From contig CALIBC010000178.1 of NCBI GenBank assembly GCA_938045615.1, forward strand, positions 162,481-226,480: a stretch of DNA of 64,000 bases, read 5' to 3'. This DNA is from an uncultured Clostridia bacterium (lineage in GTDB: Bacteria; Bacillota; Clostridia; Peptostreptococcales; Anaerovoracaceae). The notes beneath the pieces were generated by a model. That model was not told the origin of the DNA, searched no databases, and saw only the letters and a program-made list of their open reading frames with translations. Made by a program: the position numbers and the translations under genes. The stretch's first letter is position 1, and each line of letters starts with the position of its first letter. This document shows, one piece after another, positions 1 through 9,928 of the stretch.

Positions 1-403
1 CAATCCTCTTACATATGTCCATTCGGAACGTATGTATTTTGCGATTCACGAGAATTTTTTGTGGATAAACGACCTTTCCCAGTCAGATCCTTGGATCCTT
101 CCGGTTTTGGCGGGTGTTTCGACTTTTGCTTCGTTTTATCTTGGACAAAAATACGGATCCATGGGTATTTCACCGAATCAAAATCAGAGTAAGGTAATGT
201 CGCTTATCATGAAGTACGGATTTCCGATAATGATAACGTGGCTTGCAAAGACTTATGCGGCGGGACTTGCGACATACTGGTTCCTGAGTCAGTTTATTCA
301 AATTTTCTACAATTTGAGGTTTAACCAAATTAGAAAACGCATGAAAGAAGAAAAAGAGAAAAAAGGAAAAAAGCATGCCGGAAGAAAAACTTCAAGGGCA
401 TAA
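1..403 (+). CDS. yidC: Membrane protein insertase YidC/Oxa1 family, C-terminal part (gene starts upstream of the window)
   Basis: The frame is open from the window edge to the stop at 403. It has hydrophobic TM segments, the FLWINDLSQSDPWILPVL motif and a Lys-rich tail typical of Gram-positive YidC/SpoIIIJ. It is followed by jag, as in the conserved yidC-jag-mnmE-mnmG-rsmG block. Confidence 0.75.
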   Translation, partial: NPLTYVHSERMYFAIHENFLWINDLSQSDPWILPVLAGVSTFASFYLGQKYGSMGISPNQNQSKVMSLIMKYGFPIMITWLAKTYAAGLATYWFLSQFIQIFYNLRFNQIRKRMKEEKEKKGKKHAGRKTSRA

Positions 404-414
404 AGGAGTAATAT

Positions 415-1278
415 ATGGATGTAACGGAAAAATGGGGAGATGACGTTGATTCGGCGGTTGAACTTGCTCTTGCTGAGTTGAAACTTACAAAGGATGAAGT
501 CGATATAACGGTTTTGGAAGAACCAAGCAGAGGGTTTTTCGGAATCGGATCGAGACTTGCTCTTGTACGGGTCGAAAAAAAGAAAACGGAAAGCGTAAAA
601 GAAGAGTCATCTATATCTGAAAAAAGTAATTCTGAAAAAACAAGTAAGGACGATAAATATGAGGCAGTCGGAACTTTCAAAAGAAAAAATAACGAAAGTT
701 CCAAGGTTGAGACTGTAAAAACTTCTAAAAAAGATAATAAACTTTCGGCGGAAACAGCGGAAATAAAGACCGATATACCCGGCGAAAATAAAAAGATTCT
801 TGATTTTTATGCGGATATAGAGCCGCTTCCCATCTGTGAAGATCATATTGCAAAAGAATTTCTTAATGAAGTCCTTGAGCAGATGGGTCTTGATTTGAAG
901 CTGACCGTAAAAGCGGATGAAAAAAACGTGTATATAAAAATTGAAGGGGAAGATTCAGGAACGATAATAGGGAAACGTGGTCAAACGCTTGATGCCATTC
1001 AGTACCTCACGAGTCTTGTGGTCAATAAAGACAGGCAAGACCATGTAAAAGTAGTAGTCGATGCTGAAAATTACAGATCAAGAAGAGAGGAAACACTGAA
1101 AAAGCTTGCAAAAAGACTTGCCGACAAAGTAGTGCGCACTGCAAGACCCGTAAAACTTGAGCCAATGAATCCATATGAAAGAAAGGTGATACACTCAACA
1201 CTTCAAGACAATCCTGAGGTATTGACAAGAAGTGAAGGTGAAGATCCTTACCGCAGAATAATTATTGAGTTGAAATGA
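415..1278 (+). CDS. jag: Jag/KhpB RNA-binding protein (KH + R3H domains)
   Basis: KH-like GKRGQTLDAIQYL, a C-terminal R3H-like segment (MNPYERKVIHSTLQ) and a Lys/Ser/Glu-rich linker. It lies directly after yidC. Confidence 0.85.
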   Translation: MDVTEKWGDDVDSAVELALAELKLTKDEVDITVLEEPSRGFFGIGSRLALVRVEKKKTESVKEESSISEKSNSEKTSKDDKYEAVGTFKRKNNESSKVETVKTSKKDNKLSAETAEIKTDIPGENKKILDFYADIEPLPICEDHIAKEFLNEVLEQMGLDLKLTVKADEKNVYIKIEGEDSGTIIGKRGQTLDAIQYLTSLVVNKDRQDHVKVVVDAENYRSRREETLKKLAKRLADKVVRTARPVKLEPMNPYERKVIHSTLQDNPEVLTRSEGEDPYRRIIIELK

Positions 1279-1432
1279 TCGCGGATGTTTGTTTAATATG
1301 CGTCCCGTACAGAATCGATCATGTGACGTATAGATTAGAATACAAAAAGATGATCGTACCCGCATGAGCGGGTATTTTTTATTAAATTGGGATAAATTTA
1401 TAAATTTAAGTAAAGATCGACAAGGAAAGCCT

Positions 1433-2917
1433 ATGGAAGATACAATTGCTGCAATATCAACACCCTTTGGCGAGGGAGGAATAGGAATAATACGCATAAG
1501 CGGCGGAAACTCGCTTTCCATATTGAATAATATTTTTGTGCCGGCCTCAGGAAAACCTTTAAAAAACAGGATGATGACGTATGGCCATATTTTTGATGAT
1601 AATAAAAATGTGATTGATGAGGTAATGGCTGTTTTTATGAAAGCTCCCGGGACATACACGGTTGAGGATGTTGCGGAAGTGAATTGTCATGGTGGAACCG
1701 TGCCGGTGCGGAGGATTTTGTCGCTTATACTTTCCAAGGGAGCCAGACTTGCCGAACCCGGGGAATTTACAAAAAGAGCTTTTTTGAACGGGCGTTTGGA
1801 TCTTACTCAGGCAGAAGCGGTGGTCGATCTCGTATCCGCAAAGGCAGAAAAGGCTTTTGATGTTGCGATTGGGCAGCTTGAGGGCTCACTGTCCGACAGA
1901 ATAAAGGAATGCAGAAACAACCTTACGGATATTTTGGTGTATTTGGCTGTAAATATAGACTATCCGGATGAGGATATTGAGGAGATCACCTATGAAAAGC
2001 TGGAATCCGAACTTTTATCAGTTGTGACAAAGATAAATCGCCTTCTGGAAAGTCATGATACGGGAAGAATTTTAAAAGAAGGTCTTAGGGTTGCGATAAT
2101 AGGCAAGCCCAATGTCGGAAAATCCTCTCTGATGAATGCCCTTCTCAGAGAATCTAGGGCAATTGTGACGGATATACCGGGAACGACTCGTGATACCATA
2201 GAGGAAGATATTTCAATACGAGGGATTCCGATCATTTTGATAGATACCGCAGGGATAAGGGAGACGGACGATAAGATTGAAGCCATAGGAATAGAGCGTT
2301 CTAAAAACTCCTTTAACAAGGCAGATTTGACAATAATGGTCATGGACGGTAGTTGTGATATCGAAAGTTCCGATTTGGAAATATTGGAAAAGCTGGATCC
2401 GAAAAAGAGCATTATTTTGCTCAACAAGAATGATCTAAAAAGCCGCATCACCGCAGATGATATCGACCGGGCAATGGAAGGAAAGATAATTTCCGGAAAA
2501 GAAACGCAAATCTCGGATGATGTGAGCAAGAAGCCATGCCGCAGCGACGATGTGGCGGGGAATTTCTGTGATAGCTCCGTAGAGAGAGAATCTTTGAGAA
2601 TCGGGATCCACTCGGTTTCTCTAAAGAAAATTGACGATATTTTATATATTGAAGATATTCTCCTGAACAAAATAAACGCAGGTAACACAACTCAAAAAAA
2701 CAGCCCGATCATCACCAATATCCGGCACAAGGATTTGCTTGAAAGAGCCGAGAGAGCGATTTCGGATGCCATTGCATCGGTTCAACTGCCGGAGCCGCTT
2801 GAAATTGTCGAAATAGATGTCAAAGAGGCATATCTTGCGCTCGGTGAGCTTTTGGGAGAGGAAGCGGCAGATGATATTTTGGAAAAAGTTTTTTCTCGCT
2901 TTTGTTTGGGGAAGTAA
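1433..2917 (+). CDS. mnmE: tRNA modification GTPase MnmE
   Basis: N-terminus AAISTPFGEGGIGIIRISG, G-domain motifs GKPNVGKSS / DTAGIR / NKND, and a C-terminal FCLGK tail. The start was moved from the ORF-track 1364 to ATG 1433, which sits behind AAGGAAAG. Confidence 0.9.
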   Translation: MEDTIAAISTPFGEGGIGIIRISGGNSLSILNNIFVPASGKPLKNRMMTYGHIFDDNKNVIDEVMAVFMKAPGTYTVEDVAEVNCHGGTVPVRRILSLILSKGARLAEPGEFTKRAFLNGRLDLTQAEAVVDLVSAKAEKAFDVAIGQLEGSLSDRIKECRNNLTDILVYLAVNIDYPDEDIEEITYEKLESELLSVVTKINRLLESHDTGRILKEGLRVAIIGKPNVGKSSLMNALLRESRAIVTDIPGTTRDTIEEDISIRGIPIILIDTAGIRETDDKIEAIGIERSKNSFNKADLTIMVMDGSCDIESSDLEILEKLDPKKSIILLNKNDLKSRITADDIDRAMEGKIISGKETQISDDVSKKPCRSDDVAGNFCDSSVERESLRIGIHSVSLKKIDDILYIEDILLNKINAGNTTQKNSPIITNIRHKDLLERAERAISDAIASVQLPEPLEIVEIDVKEAYLALGELLGEEAADDILEKVFSRFCLGK

Positions 2918-3033
2918 CGCAGGAATTTTTAATGTCGTGCAGATTTGAACGGGATAGTAACGAAACAATATGATGAAAAAGTATTTTTTCGGGCGTTTGT
3001 ATTGTTTGCAAATGCAATGGAACGGAGAATGAT

Positions 3034-4911
3034 GTGAATAAAGTTTTTATGGGTGAATACGATGTCATAGTGGTGGGTGCCGGACATGCCGGTTGCGAAG
3101 CCGCACTCGCCGCCGCAAGGATGAACAAAAAGACGCTTATTTTTTCGATCAATCTTGAAGCGATTGCGATGATGCCATGTAATCCTTCTATAGGCGGTAC
3201 GGGTAAGGGTCATCTGGTCAGAGAAATAGATGCCCTTGGCGGTGAGATGGGAATTAACATCGATAAAACCTTTATACAGAGCAGGATGCTGAATACCGCA
3301 AAGGGACCTGCGGTGCATTCTCTGCGGGCGCAGGCCGATAAGAGCAGATATCACATTGAGATGAAGAAAACTTTGGAGCAGCGGGAAAACCTAGATCTTA
3401 AACAAGCCGAAGTCACCGACCTCATAATAGAAGAGGGAAAGGTTACGGGTGTGCTTACGAGGACAAACTCGTTTTATACCGCAAAAACCGTGATATTGGC
3501 AACAGGAACTTTTTTGAGGGGCAAAATATTTATAGGTGACAGTGTTTTTTCCAGTGGTCCGAACGGACTTGCACCATCCTATGAACTGGCAGAGAATTTA
3601 ATTGAACGGGGAATGAAATTCAGAAGATTCAAGACAGGAACTCCGGCGAGGGCTCTTTCCTCTACTTTTGATTATGGAAAAATGACATGTCAGAAAGGGG
3701 ATAAAAAGATAGTTCCTTTTTCTTTTATGAATGAAATATCGGAAAGGGAGCAGGTAGACTGTTGGCTGACATATACCAATGCAAGAACACATAAAGTAAT
3801 ACGTGACAATTTTCGTCGTTCTGCTCTTTTTGGGGGAGAGATAGAGGGTATAGGTCCAAGATATTGCCCGTCAATAGAGGATAAGGTACATAGATTTGCA
3901 GATAAGCAGAGGCATCAGTTGTTTGTGGAACCTGAGGGTCTGGATACCGACGAGATGTATATACAGGGAATGTCCTCAAGCATGCCGGAGGATGTGCAGA
4001 GGGATTTTTACCATACGATAGAGGGTCTCGAAAACATAGTGATAACAAGGCCGGCGTATGCCATAGAATATGATTGCATCGACCCTTTGAATTTGAAAGC
4101 CACTTTGGAGTACAGAGGAATAGACGGTCTGTTTTGTGCGGGGCAGTTCAACGGCAGTTCAGGATATGAAGAAGCGGCGGCACAGGGTTTGATAGCGGGA
4201 ATAAACGCTTCATTGAAAATAGATGCAAAACTTCCCTTTGTCCTTGACAGAAGCGAAGCTTATATAGGGGTTTTGATCGACGATTTGGTGACCAAGGGAA
4301 CCGATGAGCCTTACAGAATAATGACAGGAAGGGCAGAGTACAGGCTTGTTTTGCGCCAGGATAATGCAGATGAGCGCCTAACTCCCAAGGGATATGAAAT
4401 CGGACTTGCTTCCGAGTTGCGGTATGCTGGATACAGAAAAAAGCAGGCGCACGTAAGCAGAGAAATAGAGCGCTTAAAAAAAACTATGGTAAGTGAAGAA
4501 GCCGCACAAAATTACCTACACTCCAAGGGTAGCAATCTGCTGAAACGTCCGACCTCTTTATATGAGCTTCTCAAACGGCCTGAAATAGATTATTTTTCTC
4601 TTGAAGAGATAGATCCGGAACGCCCTGAACTTTCATCACATGAGGAGGACTGCGTTCAGGTGAGCATAAAATACGAGGGGTACATAAAAAAGCAGCTTAC
4701 TCAGGTTGCGAAGTTCAAGCGGCTGGAAGAAAAGAAACTGTCCGAAAACTTAAATTACGATAAAATAGGTGGACTGCGCTTGGAAGCGGTTCAGAAACTG
4801 AACAAGATAAAACCTTTATCGATAGGACAAGCTTCAAGAATATCGGGCGTGTCGCCTGCCGATATCAATGTCTTGCTGGTTCATCTTGAAAAAATGAGAA
4901 GGCAGGTATAG
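3034..4911 (+). CDS. mnmG: tRNA uridine 5-carboxymethylaminomethyl modification enzyme MnmG (GidA)
   Basis: FAD-binding [17 protein letters not shown]-terminus, 625 aa, with GidA-type motifs throughout. The start is GTG 3034 after GGAGAA; ATG 3049 is the alternative. Confidence 0.95.
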   Translation: MNKVFMGEYDVIVVGAGHAGCEAALAAARMNKKTLIFSINLEAIAMMPCNPSIGGTGKGHLVREIDALGGEMGINIDKTFIQSRMLNTAKGPAVHSLRAQADKSRYHIEMKKTLEQRENLDLKQAEVTDLIIEEGKVTGVLTRTNSFYTAKTVILATGTFLRGKIFIGDSVFSSGPNGLAPSYELAENLIERGMKFRRFKTGTPARALSSTFDYGKMTCQKGDKKIVPFSFMNEISEREQVDCWLTYTNARTHKVIRDNFRRSALFGGEIEGIGPRYCPSIEDKVHRFADKQRHQLFVEPEGLDTDEMYIQGMSSSMPEDVQRDFYHTIEGLENIVITRPAYAIEYDCIDPLNLKATLEYRGIDGLFCAGQFNGSSGYEEAAAQGLIAGINASLKIDAKLPFVLDRSEAYIGVLIDDLVTKGTDEPYRIMTGRAEYRLVLRQDNADERLTPKGYEIGLASELRYAGYRKKQAHVSREIERLKKTMVSEEAAQNYLHSKGSNLLKRPTSLYELLKRPEIDYFSLEEIDPERPELSSHEEDCVQVSIKYEGYIKKQLTQVAKFKRLEEKKLSENLNYDKIGGLRLEAVQKLNKIKPLSIGQASRISGVSPADINVLLVHLEKMRRQV

Positions 4912-5046
4912 GCGAACGGCGGAACAATTGTAGCCGTCAGTGCAGTTGCGAATGAGAGTGCAGGCCGGGTATAGATGGGATTTAAGACGATCCGGTAAAT
5001 TCACGGTCGATATATGAGAAGAGAAACCGGAAAAGAAGTGGTTATT

Positions 5047-5754
5047 ATGGAAAAGTCGTTGGATAATCTTTTTGCAAAATATGGTATTACCTGTTACGCT
5101 TCACAGCGCGAAAAATTGGAAAGATATATGCAACTTGTTTTAGATAAAAACGAGAATTTGAATTTGACCGCCATTGAGGACACAAGCGAGTTTATCGTCA
5201 AGCATTTTTTGGATTCCGCAATTCTCTTGTCGATCGGGGAATACGAGACGGCAAGGGAAATACTGGATATGGGCACCGGCGGCGGGTTTCCGGGTGTACC
5301 GCTTGCAATATTGTCTCCTGAAAAAGACTTTTTGCTGATTGATTCATTGAAGAAAAGAATCAGAGCGGTGAGTGAAATGACTGCACAAATAGGGCTTTCC
5401 AATGTAAGAGTTATGCACGGCAGAGCGGAGGAGCTTGCAAGGCTTGAGGAGTTTCGTGACAGATTTGATATGTGTGTCTCGAGAGCTGTTGCGGATCTTT
5501 CGACATTGGCTGAATATTGCCTGCCGTTTGTAAAAAAATCCGGACATTTTATCGCATACAAAAGCGGAGAGGTCGAAGCTGAACTGTCGGATGCCCGGCC
5601 GGCAATCGCAGCCTTGGAAGGGAAATTTGTACGCACTGAGAATATTGATATTGAAGGGAATACGAGGACATTACTTTTGTTCACGAAGACATCCGTAACC
5701 CCAGATCGCTTTCCCCGGAGAGCGGGGAAACCACTTAAAACTCCTATAAAATAG
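5047..5754 (+). CDS. rsmG: 16S rRNA (guanine527-N7)-methyltransferase RsmG (GidB)
   Basis: SAM motif DMGTGGGFPGVPLAI and its position after mnmG. The start was set at the internal ATG 5047 (MEKSLDNLF); the ORF track starts at 5014. Confidence 0.9.
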   Translation: MEKSLDNLFAKYGITCYASQREKLERYMQLVLDKNENLNLTAIEDTSEFIVKHFLDSAILLSIGEYETAREILDMGTGGGFPGVPLAILSPEKDFLLIDSLKKRIRAVSEMTAQIGLSNVRVMHGRAEELARLEEFRDRFDMCVSRAVADLSTLAEYCLPFVKKSGHFIAYKSGEVEAELSDARPAIAALEGKFVRTENIDIEGNTRTLLLFTKTSVTPDRFPRRAGKPLKTPIK

Positions 5755-5813
5755 TGCTTGTCGGAGGAAGTGTAGCTTTTGGAAAATCGAAACAAACAAC
5801 GAACGCAGGGAGA

Positions 5814-5829
5814 TGTTTCACGTGAAACA
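5814..5829. promoter_or_regulatory. parS centromere-like site, perfect 16-bp palindrome TGTTTCACGTGAAACA
   Basis: Exact match to the Firmicute parS consensus, located in the rsmG-parA spacer. Confidence 0.9.
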
Positions 5830-5987
5830 TCTCTTGTTGTTTTGCGAAAGACAGATGGAGTTTTTGAAAAAGAGTAGAATTATATTTGGATGTGGTCTAT
5901 AATAGTCGGTGACGACTTGATAAGGTCGTACGAAACTTATCGGGTGTGCATTGATAAATGCGTAATGAAAATAGAAGGAGAAAAGCA

Positions 5988-6764
5988 GTGGGAAAAGCGA
6001 TTGCGATTTTTAATCAAAAGGGGGGTGTTGGAAAGACAACCACCAATATAAATTTAGGCGCATGTCTTGCGCAGAAGAACAAGAAAGTGCTGATGCTTGA
6101 TATAGACCCACAGGGCAACACTACCAGTGGGATAGGGATATCCAAAAAAGATTTAAGATATACGGTGTATGAGCTGCTGATAGAAAATAATTTTGATCCG
6201 CACGATGCTATAATTCATACCGGAGTGAAGAATCTGGATTTAATTCCCGCAAATGTTGATTTGGCTGGTGCAGAGATAGAGCTGGTACAATTGGAGGGAA
6301 GAGAAAAGCGACTTCGGAAAGCCATCGACGGGATTCGAAATGAGTATGATTACATTTTCATAGACTGTCCTCCTTCACTGGGTCTACTTACTATAAATTC
6401 GCTCAGTGCGGTGGAGAGCGTCCTGATACCTATCCAATGTGAGTTTTACGCTTTGGAGGGTGTGAGTCAGTTGATGAGTACGATAGAACTGGTCAGAAAG
6501 AGCTTGAAGAAGGATTTACAGGTTGAAGGAGTGGTGCTGAGCATGTTTGACGGCAGGACAAACTTATCTATACAGGTTGTTCAGGAAGTTAAGAGATATT
6601 TCGGAGCAAAGGTTTACTCCACGGTGATACCGAGAAATATCAGATTGGCGGAAGCCCCGAGCTTTGGTCTTCCAATAGTTGAATACGATTCAAAATCCAA
6701 AGGAGCGGTGGCATACAGAGAATTTGCTCGGGAGTTCCTTGAGAGAGAGGAAAACAACAAGTGA
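5988..6764 (+). CDS. soj: Chromosome partitioning ATPase ParA/Soj
   Basis: Deviant Walker A NQKGGVGKTTT. The probable start is GTG 5988, 7 nt after AGGAG; the ORF track starts at 5958. Confidence 0.9.
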   Translation: MGKAIAIFNQKGGVGKTTTNINLGACLAQKNKKVLMLDIDPQGNTTSGIGISKKDLRYTVYELLIENNFDPHDAIIHTGVKNLDLIPANVDLAGAEIELVQLEGREKRLRKAIDGIRNEYDYIFIDCPPSLGLLTINSLSAVESVLIPIQCEFYALEGVSQLMSTIELVRKSLKKDLQVEGVVLSMFDGRTNLSIQVVQEVKRYFGAKVYSTVIPRNIRLAEAPSFGLPIVEYDSKSKGAVAYREFAREFLEREENNK

Positions 6765-6825
6765 ACATAGGAGAAGAGGTAGCATCAACGGACATGACAG
6801 CCACGCTTAGAGAGGAAAACTTGGT

Positions 6826-7737
6826 ATGAGTGCAAAGAAAAAGTTGAGAGGTCTGGGAAGAGGTCTGGATGCTTTGTTTGCGGATCAGGCACCGATAGCA
6901 GAACCCACAGACGGAGAAACATACGAAAGTGGCAATGAGGACAAAGAACAGTTAAGCGGCGATGGTGTACGCTATATAGACATAAACGATATTAAACCCA
7001 ATGCGGAGCAGCCACGAAGAAATTTTGACCCTGAAAAGATATCGGAACTTGCAAATTCAATAACGGAGCACGGAATTATTCAACCGCTTGTGGTGAGAAA
7101 ACAAGGAAAACAATATGAAATCGTCGCCGGAGAGCGCAGGTGGCGAGCATCACGGGAAGCCGGACTGAAAGCGGTGCCATGCATTGTCAGAGAATTTTCG
7201 GATGAAGAGAATATGCTGATAGCCATAATCGAAAACATGCAGCGTGAGGATCTTAATCCTATAGAGGAAGCCATGGGGCTTGACCAGATGATAAAGGTGT
7301 ATGGGATGACGCAGGAAGAGATTTCCAAAAGCGTAAGCAAAAGCAGACCGTACATAAGCAATATGCTCAGACTTTTGAAACTGCCGGAAGAAGTGAGAAG
7401 TTTGGTATCGGAGGGAAAGATTTCCACAGGTCATGCGAGGGCGCTCATCAATGTCAGAAATAAAGAAAAACAGAAAAAGCTATGTCAGATGATCGTAGGG
7501 GAAGGGATCTCCGTGAGACAGATCGAATCTCTGGCGGCGGAGGAAAAAAAACCCAGAAGAAAACCCCTTAAAAAAGTTAAGACGGCGGATACGCTCAGTA
7601 CTGAAAGAGAGTTGAAAGAGTTGTACGGAACAAAGGTTTCGATCAATCAAAAAGGTGACAAAGGCTCAATAGAATTGGAATTTTACAGCCGCGATGAATT
7701 GAATAGGCTCATAGATATGTTGAAATATAAGCCTTGA
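6826..7737 (+). CDS. spo0J: Chromosome partitioning protein ParB/Spo0J
   Basis: ParB-box IVAGERRWRAS, an HTH region (EEISKSVSKSRPYISNMLRLL), and its position after parA. Confidence 0.9.
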   Translation: MSAKKKLRGLGRGLDALFADQAPIAEPTDGETYESGNEDKEQLSGDGVRYIDINDIKPNAEQPRRNFDPEKISELANSITEHGIIQPLVVRKQGKQYEIVAGERRWRASREAGLKAVPCIVREFSDEENMLIAIIENMQREDLNPIEEAMGLDQMIKVYGMTQEEISKSVSKSRPYISNMLRLLKLPEEVRSLVSEGKISTGHARALINVRNKEKQKKLCQMIVGEGISVRQIESLAAEEKKPRRKPLKKVKTADTLSTERELKELYGTKVSINQKGDKGSIELEFYSRDELNRLIDMLKYKP

Positions 7738-7744
7738 CGGAGAT

Positions 7745-7760
7745 TGTTTCACATGAAAAG
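7745..7760. promoter_or_regulatory. Degenerate parS-like site TGTTTCACATGAAAAG (13/16 match)
   Basis: Seen 8 bp after the parB stop. Three mismatches to TGTTTCACGTGAAACA. Confidence 0.35.
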
Positions 7761-7836
7761 AGTACGCACCGGGACAGTAGGGAGCGAAGACAACATTTTA
7801 TGCTAAAATAAAAAAACTAAAAAATTAAGTTAGAGA

Positions 7837-8517
7837 TTGTTGAGGATAAGCAATTATATGAGTAATGGAATATCTATCGGGAAAGGCATTCTATGGGTGC
7901 TTGTTTGGTTTGGTTTTATGATTTTTTATACGGTTCTTGATATTTCAATCTGGAGAAAGATTGCACCTGAACAAAGTAGATTTTTAAACTTAATTACTGT
8001 TGCTATATGTATGGCGATATTTCTTAATCTACTAATGACAAAAACAAATTTTAGACTACGTTTATTTTCCAATATTTCTTTTCCGGGAATAGTATTGGCA
8101 TTAGGGTGTTCCGTATTGTTTTATTTTCTTTTGGATAGGGGATTAGATCCCCTGTTTGAAGATTTATTTCCATCAAGCAAAGAAAATTACCAACAAAGTA
8201 TCCGTTTAATACAGATATCACCGATTGCCGGGTTTCTTGATGTTTGTATTCTTGCACCTATTCTTGAGGAAGTTTTGATGAGAGGTTTTTTGCTTGGCGG
8301 TCTTTCCATAAACTACGGGAAAATTACTGCCTTACTCATCTCTGCAGCATTCTTCTCAATACTACATTTTAGTATTGCTCAAATAGTACCCTCATTTATA
8401 TGCGGCATAATTTTAGGTTTACTTTATTTTTATACTGATTCTATATTTGCTTGTATCATCGCTCATATGGGATATAATGTGATTTCATATATGATGATAA
8501 TGTCATCTAAATTATAG
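7837..8517 (+). CDS. CPBP family intramembrane glutamic endopeptidase (CAAX protease-like)
   Basis: Polytopic membrane protein with EEVLMRGF (EExxxR), SILHF (FxxxH) and HMGYN motifs. The start is uncertain (7837 or ATG 7858). Confidence 0.75.
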   Translation: MLRISNYMSNGISIGKGILWVLVWFGFMIFYTVLDISIWRKIAPEQSRFLNLITVAICMAIFLNLLMTKTNFRLRLFSNISFPGIVLALGCSVLFYFLLDRGLDPLFEDLFPSSKENYQQSIRLIQISPIAGFLDVCILAPILEEVLMRGFLLGGLSINYGKITALLISAAFFSILHFSIAQIVPSFICGIILGLLYFYTDSIFACIIAHMGYNVISYMMIMSSKL

Positions 8518-8644
8518 TGGGATATAAAAAGGAAGTAAGAGCAAATAGTCAATACTTCCCAAGTCAGTCACATGTTCTGTATGGCAAGGCTTACAATTTT
8601 GAAATAAATTAACGATATACGCTGTGAAGTTCGTACCCTTTTTT

Positions 8645-8708
8645 GTCGGATTCCTCCAAAGCGGCGGCAGCGGAAAGGAGCTTTCGCCGCTTTGGAAGGA
8701 ATCCGGAC
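8645..8708. repeat. Long imperfect palindrome (about 22-bp arms, 18-nt spacer)
   Basis: GTCGGATTCCTCCAAAGCGGCG ... CGCCGCTTTGGAAGGAATCCGGAC; the arms pair with two 1-nt bulges. The T-run lies on the wrong side for an intrinsic terminator on either strand. Confidence 0.7.
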
Positions 8709-8740
8709 GAACTACAAACCGATAAGCTGCGGCAAGCCAT

Positions 8741-8785
8741 GCAGCCTGCCTCAAGCTGCCTCAGCCTGCCGCCACCTGCCGCAGG
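8741..8785. repeat. 4.5 tandem copies of a GC-rich 10-bp unit (kCAgCCTGCC)
   Basis: gcagcctgcc|tcaagctgcc|tcagcctgcc|gccacctgcc|gcagg. CTGCC recurs with an exact 10-bp period. The array abuts the methyltransferase stop codon at 8786. Confidence 0.8.
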
Positions 8786-9547
8786 TTATTTCAGCTTTAC
8801 ACTGAAATTTGCGACGTAACCGAGTTGCTCCGAATGGTCATTGAAAAAGTCGAACATGGCTGTGAACATCTGCCGGTTTTCTTTTTTCATGGCATTTGAG
8901 AGTATCTTCATTGCACCTGTGGGTCCTTCGTCGCGGATCATCCCGGCAGGATCAAGGAGAGTCATTTTGCCATATTTCTGCTCCGTCTTGAAAGAATGGG
9001 ATTCGATCTCATTTTTCCAGCCGCTCAGGGTGAGAGGTTCAACGTGTACGTTTATCGTGCGTGAAAGTTCCGCCACAATCTCTTTTTGCTTGTTGGGATC
9101 CTCTTCGCGCAGAACAACATCATGCGTGAGAAGTACGCCGCCCGGCTTCAGCACACGGGAATATTCGGAAAGCGCACGGCCTTTGTCGCCACCCACGAGC
9201 ATGGTTAGCATCGCCTCGTTGATGAGAACATCGAAACTTTCATCCTCAAAAGGAAGCTCAAAAGCATTTGCCTTGAGGACGGAGAGCTTGTTTTGCAGCT
9301 TGTTTTTCTTTATGTTTTCCTTGGCCTTTTCGACGACGGCGTCATCCATGTCCACGCCGACTATGGAGCAACCGCTCTTTTTGGCCACCTGAATCATGGT
9401 TGTACCCATATTACAAGCAACCTCCAAAACCTTTAAATCCGCAGTTATACGGGCTTTTTCCAGCAACCATTCCGTAGCTTGGGCGCCACCCGGACGGAGC
9501 TTGGTTTTACCTAGTTTTGCCAGAAATGAATGTCCTGCTTCTCTCAT
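8786..9547 (-). CDS. Class I SAM-dependent methyltransferase
   Basis: Motif I VLEVACNMGT, post-I VGVDMD and an FDVLINEA block. The substrate is not inferable. Confidence 0.8.
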   Translation of the reverse strand: MREAGHSFLAKLGKTKLRPGGAQATEWLLEKARITADLKVLEVACNMGTTMIQVAKKSGCSIVGVDMDDAVVEKAKENIKKNKLQNKLSVLKANAFELPFEDESFDVLINEAMLTMLVGGDKGRALSEYSRVLKPGGVLLTHDVVLREEDPNKQKEIVAELSRTINVHVEPLTLSGWKNEIESHSFKTEQKYGKMTLLDPAGMIRDEGPTGAMKILSNAMKKENRQMFTAMFDFFNDHSEQLGYVANFSVKLK

Positions 9548-9928
9548 AATAAATTCCTCCTTGTGATTTGTTCATCCATGCCAAGACAAAGGAAAGACGG
9601 TTATTAAAATATACCGTGATACGGGTACGACAATATGGTAGAATAACGTATCCGTTAAGTTGTCTTTGAGCAATATTTTTTATTAGTCGCCTTTAACATA
9701 CCCTTGTATGAAATTATTAAACCCGTGTTTTTGCATTTTGGGAGAAATAATTTGCATTTGAAAAAATAACTTGCGGTTTCGCAAAAAAAAAAACCGATTA
9801 AGATTTGCTCGGGTGTGGATTTTCGCATTTTCTTTATAGGGAATGCAGGACATCGATAAAGCGGTTGATGTTTGTTGATTATTTTATTTTTAAACTGAAC
9901 AAACGAAGAAAAGAATGGAGAAAGAACT

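Noticed and set aside
60-68. A perfect DnaA-box 9-mer TGTGGATAA.
   Set aside because: It is a single box inside the yidC coding region, with no cluster of boxes or adjacent AT-rich unwinding element. It is most likely chance. oriC is expected outside the window, near dnaA.
8512-8754. An 80-aa minus-strand ORF spanning the palindrome and the 10-bp repeats.
   Set aside because: The translation is dominated by the repeat and palindrome sequence (Ala/Pro/Leu-rich). It has no RBS and lies in a convergent spacer.
9783-9793. An A11 homopolymer in the divergent promoter region between the methyltransferase and Na/Pi transporter genes. I considered it as a phase-variation tract.
   Set aside because: There is no defined -35/-10 pair flanking it whose spacing it would alter, and nothing else supports phase variation. 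It is noted only as a potential sequencing-error hotspot.
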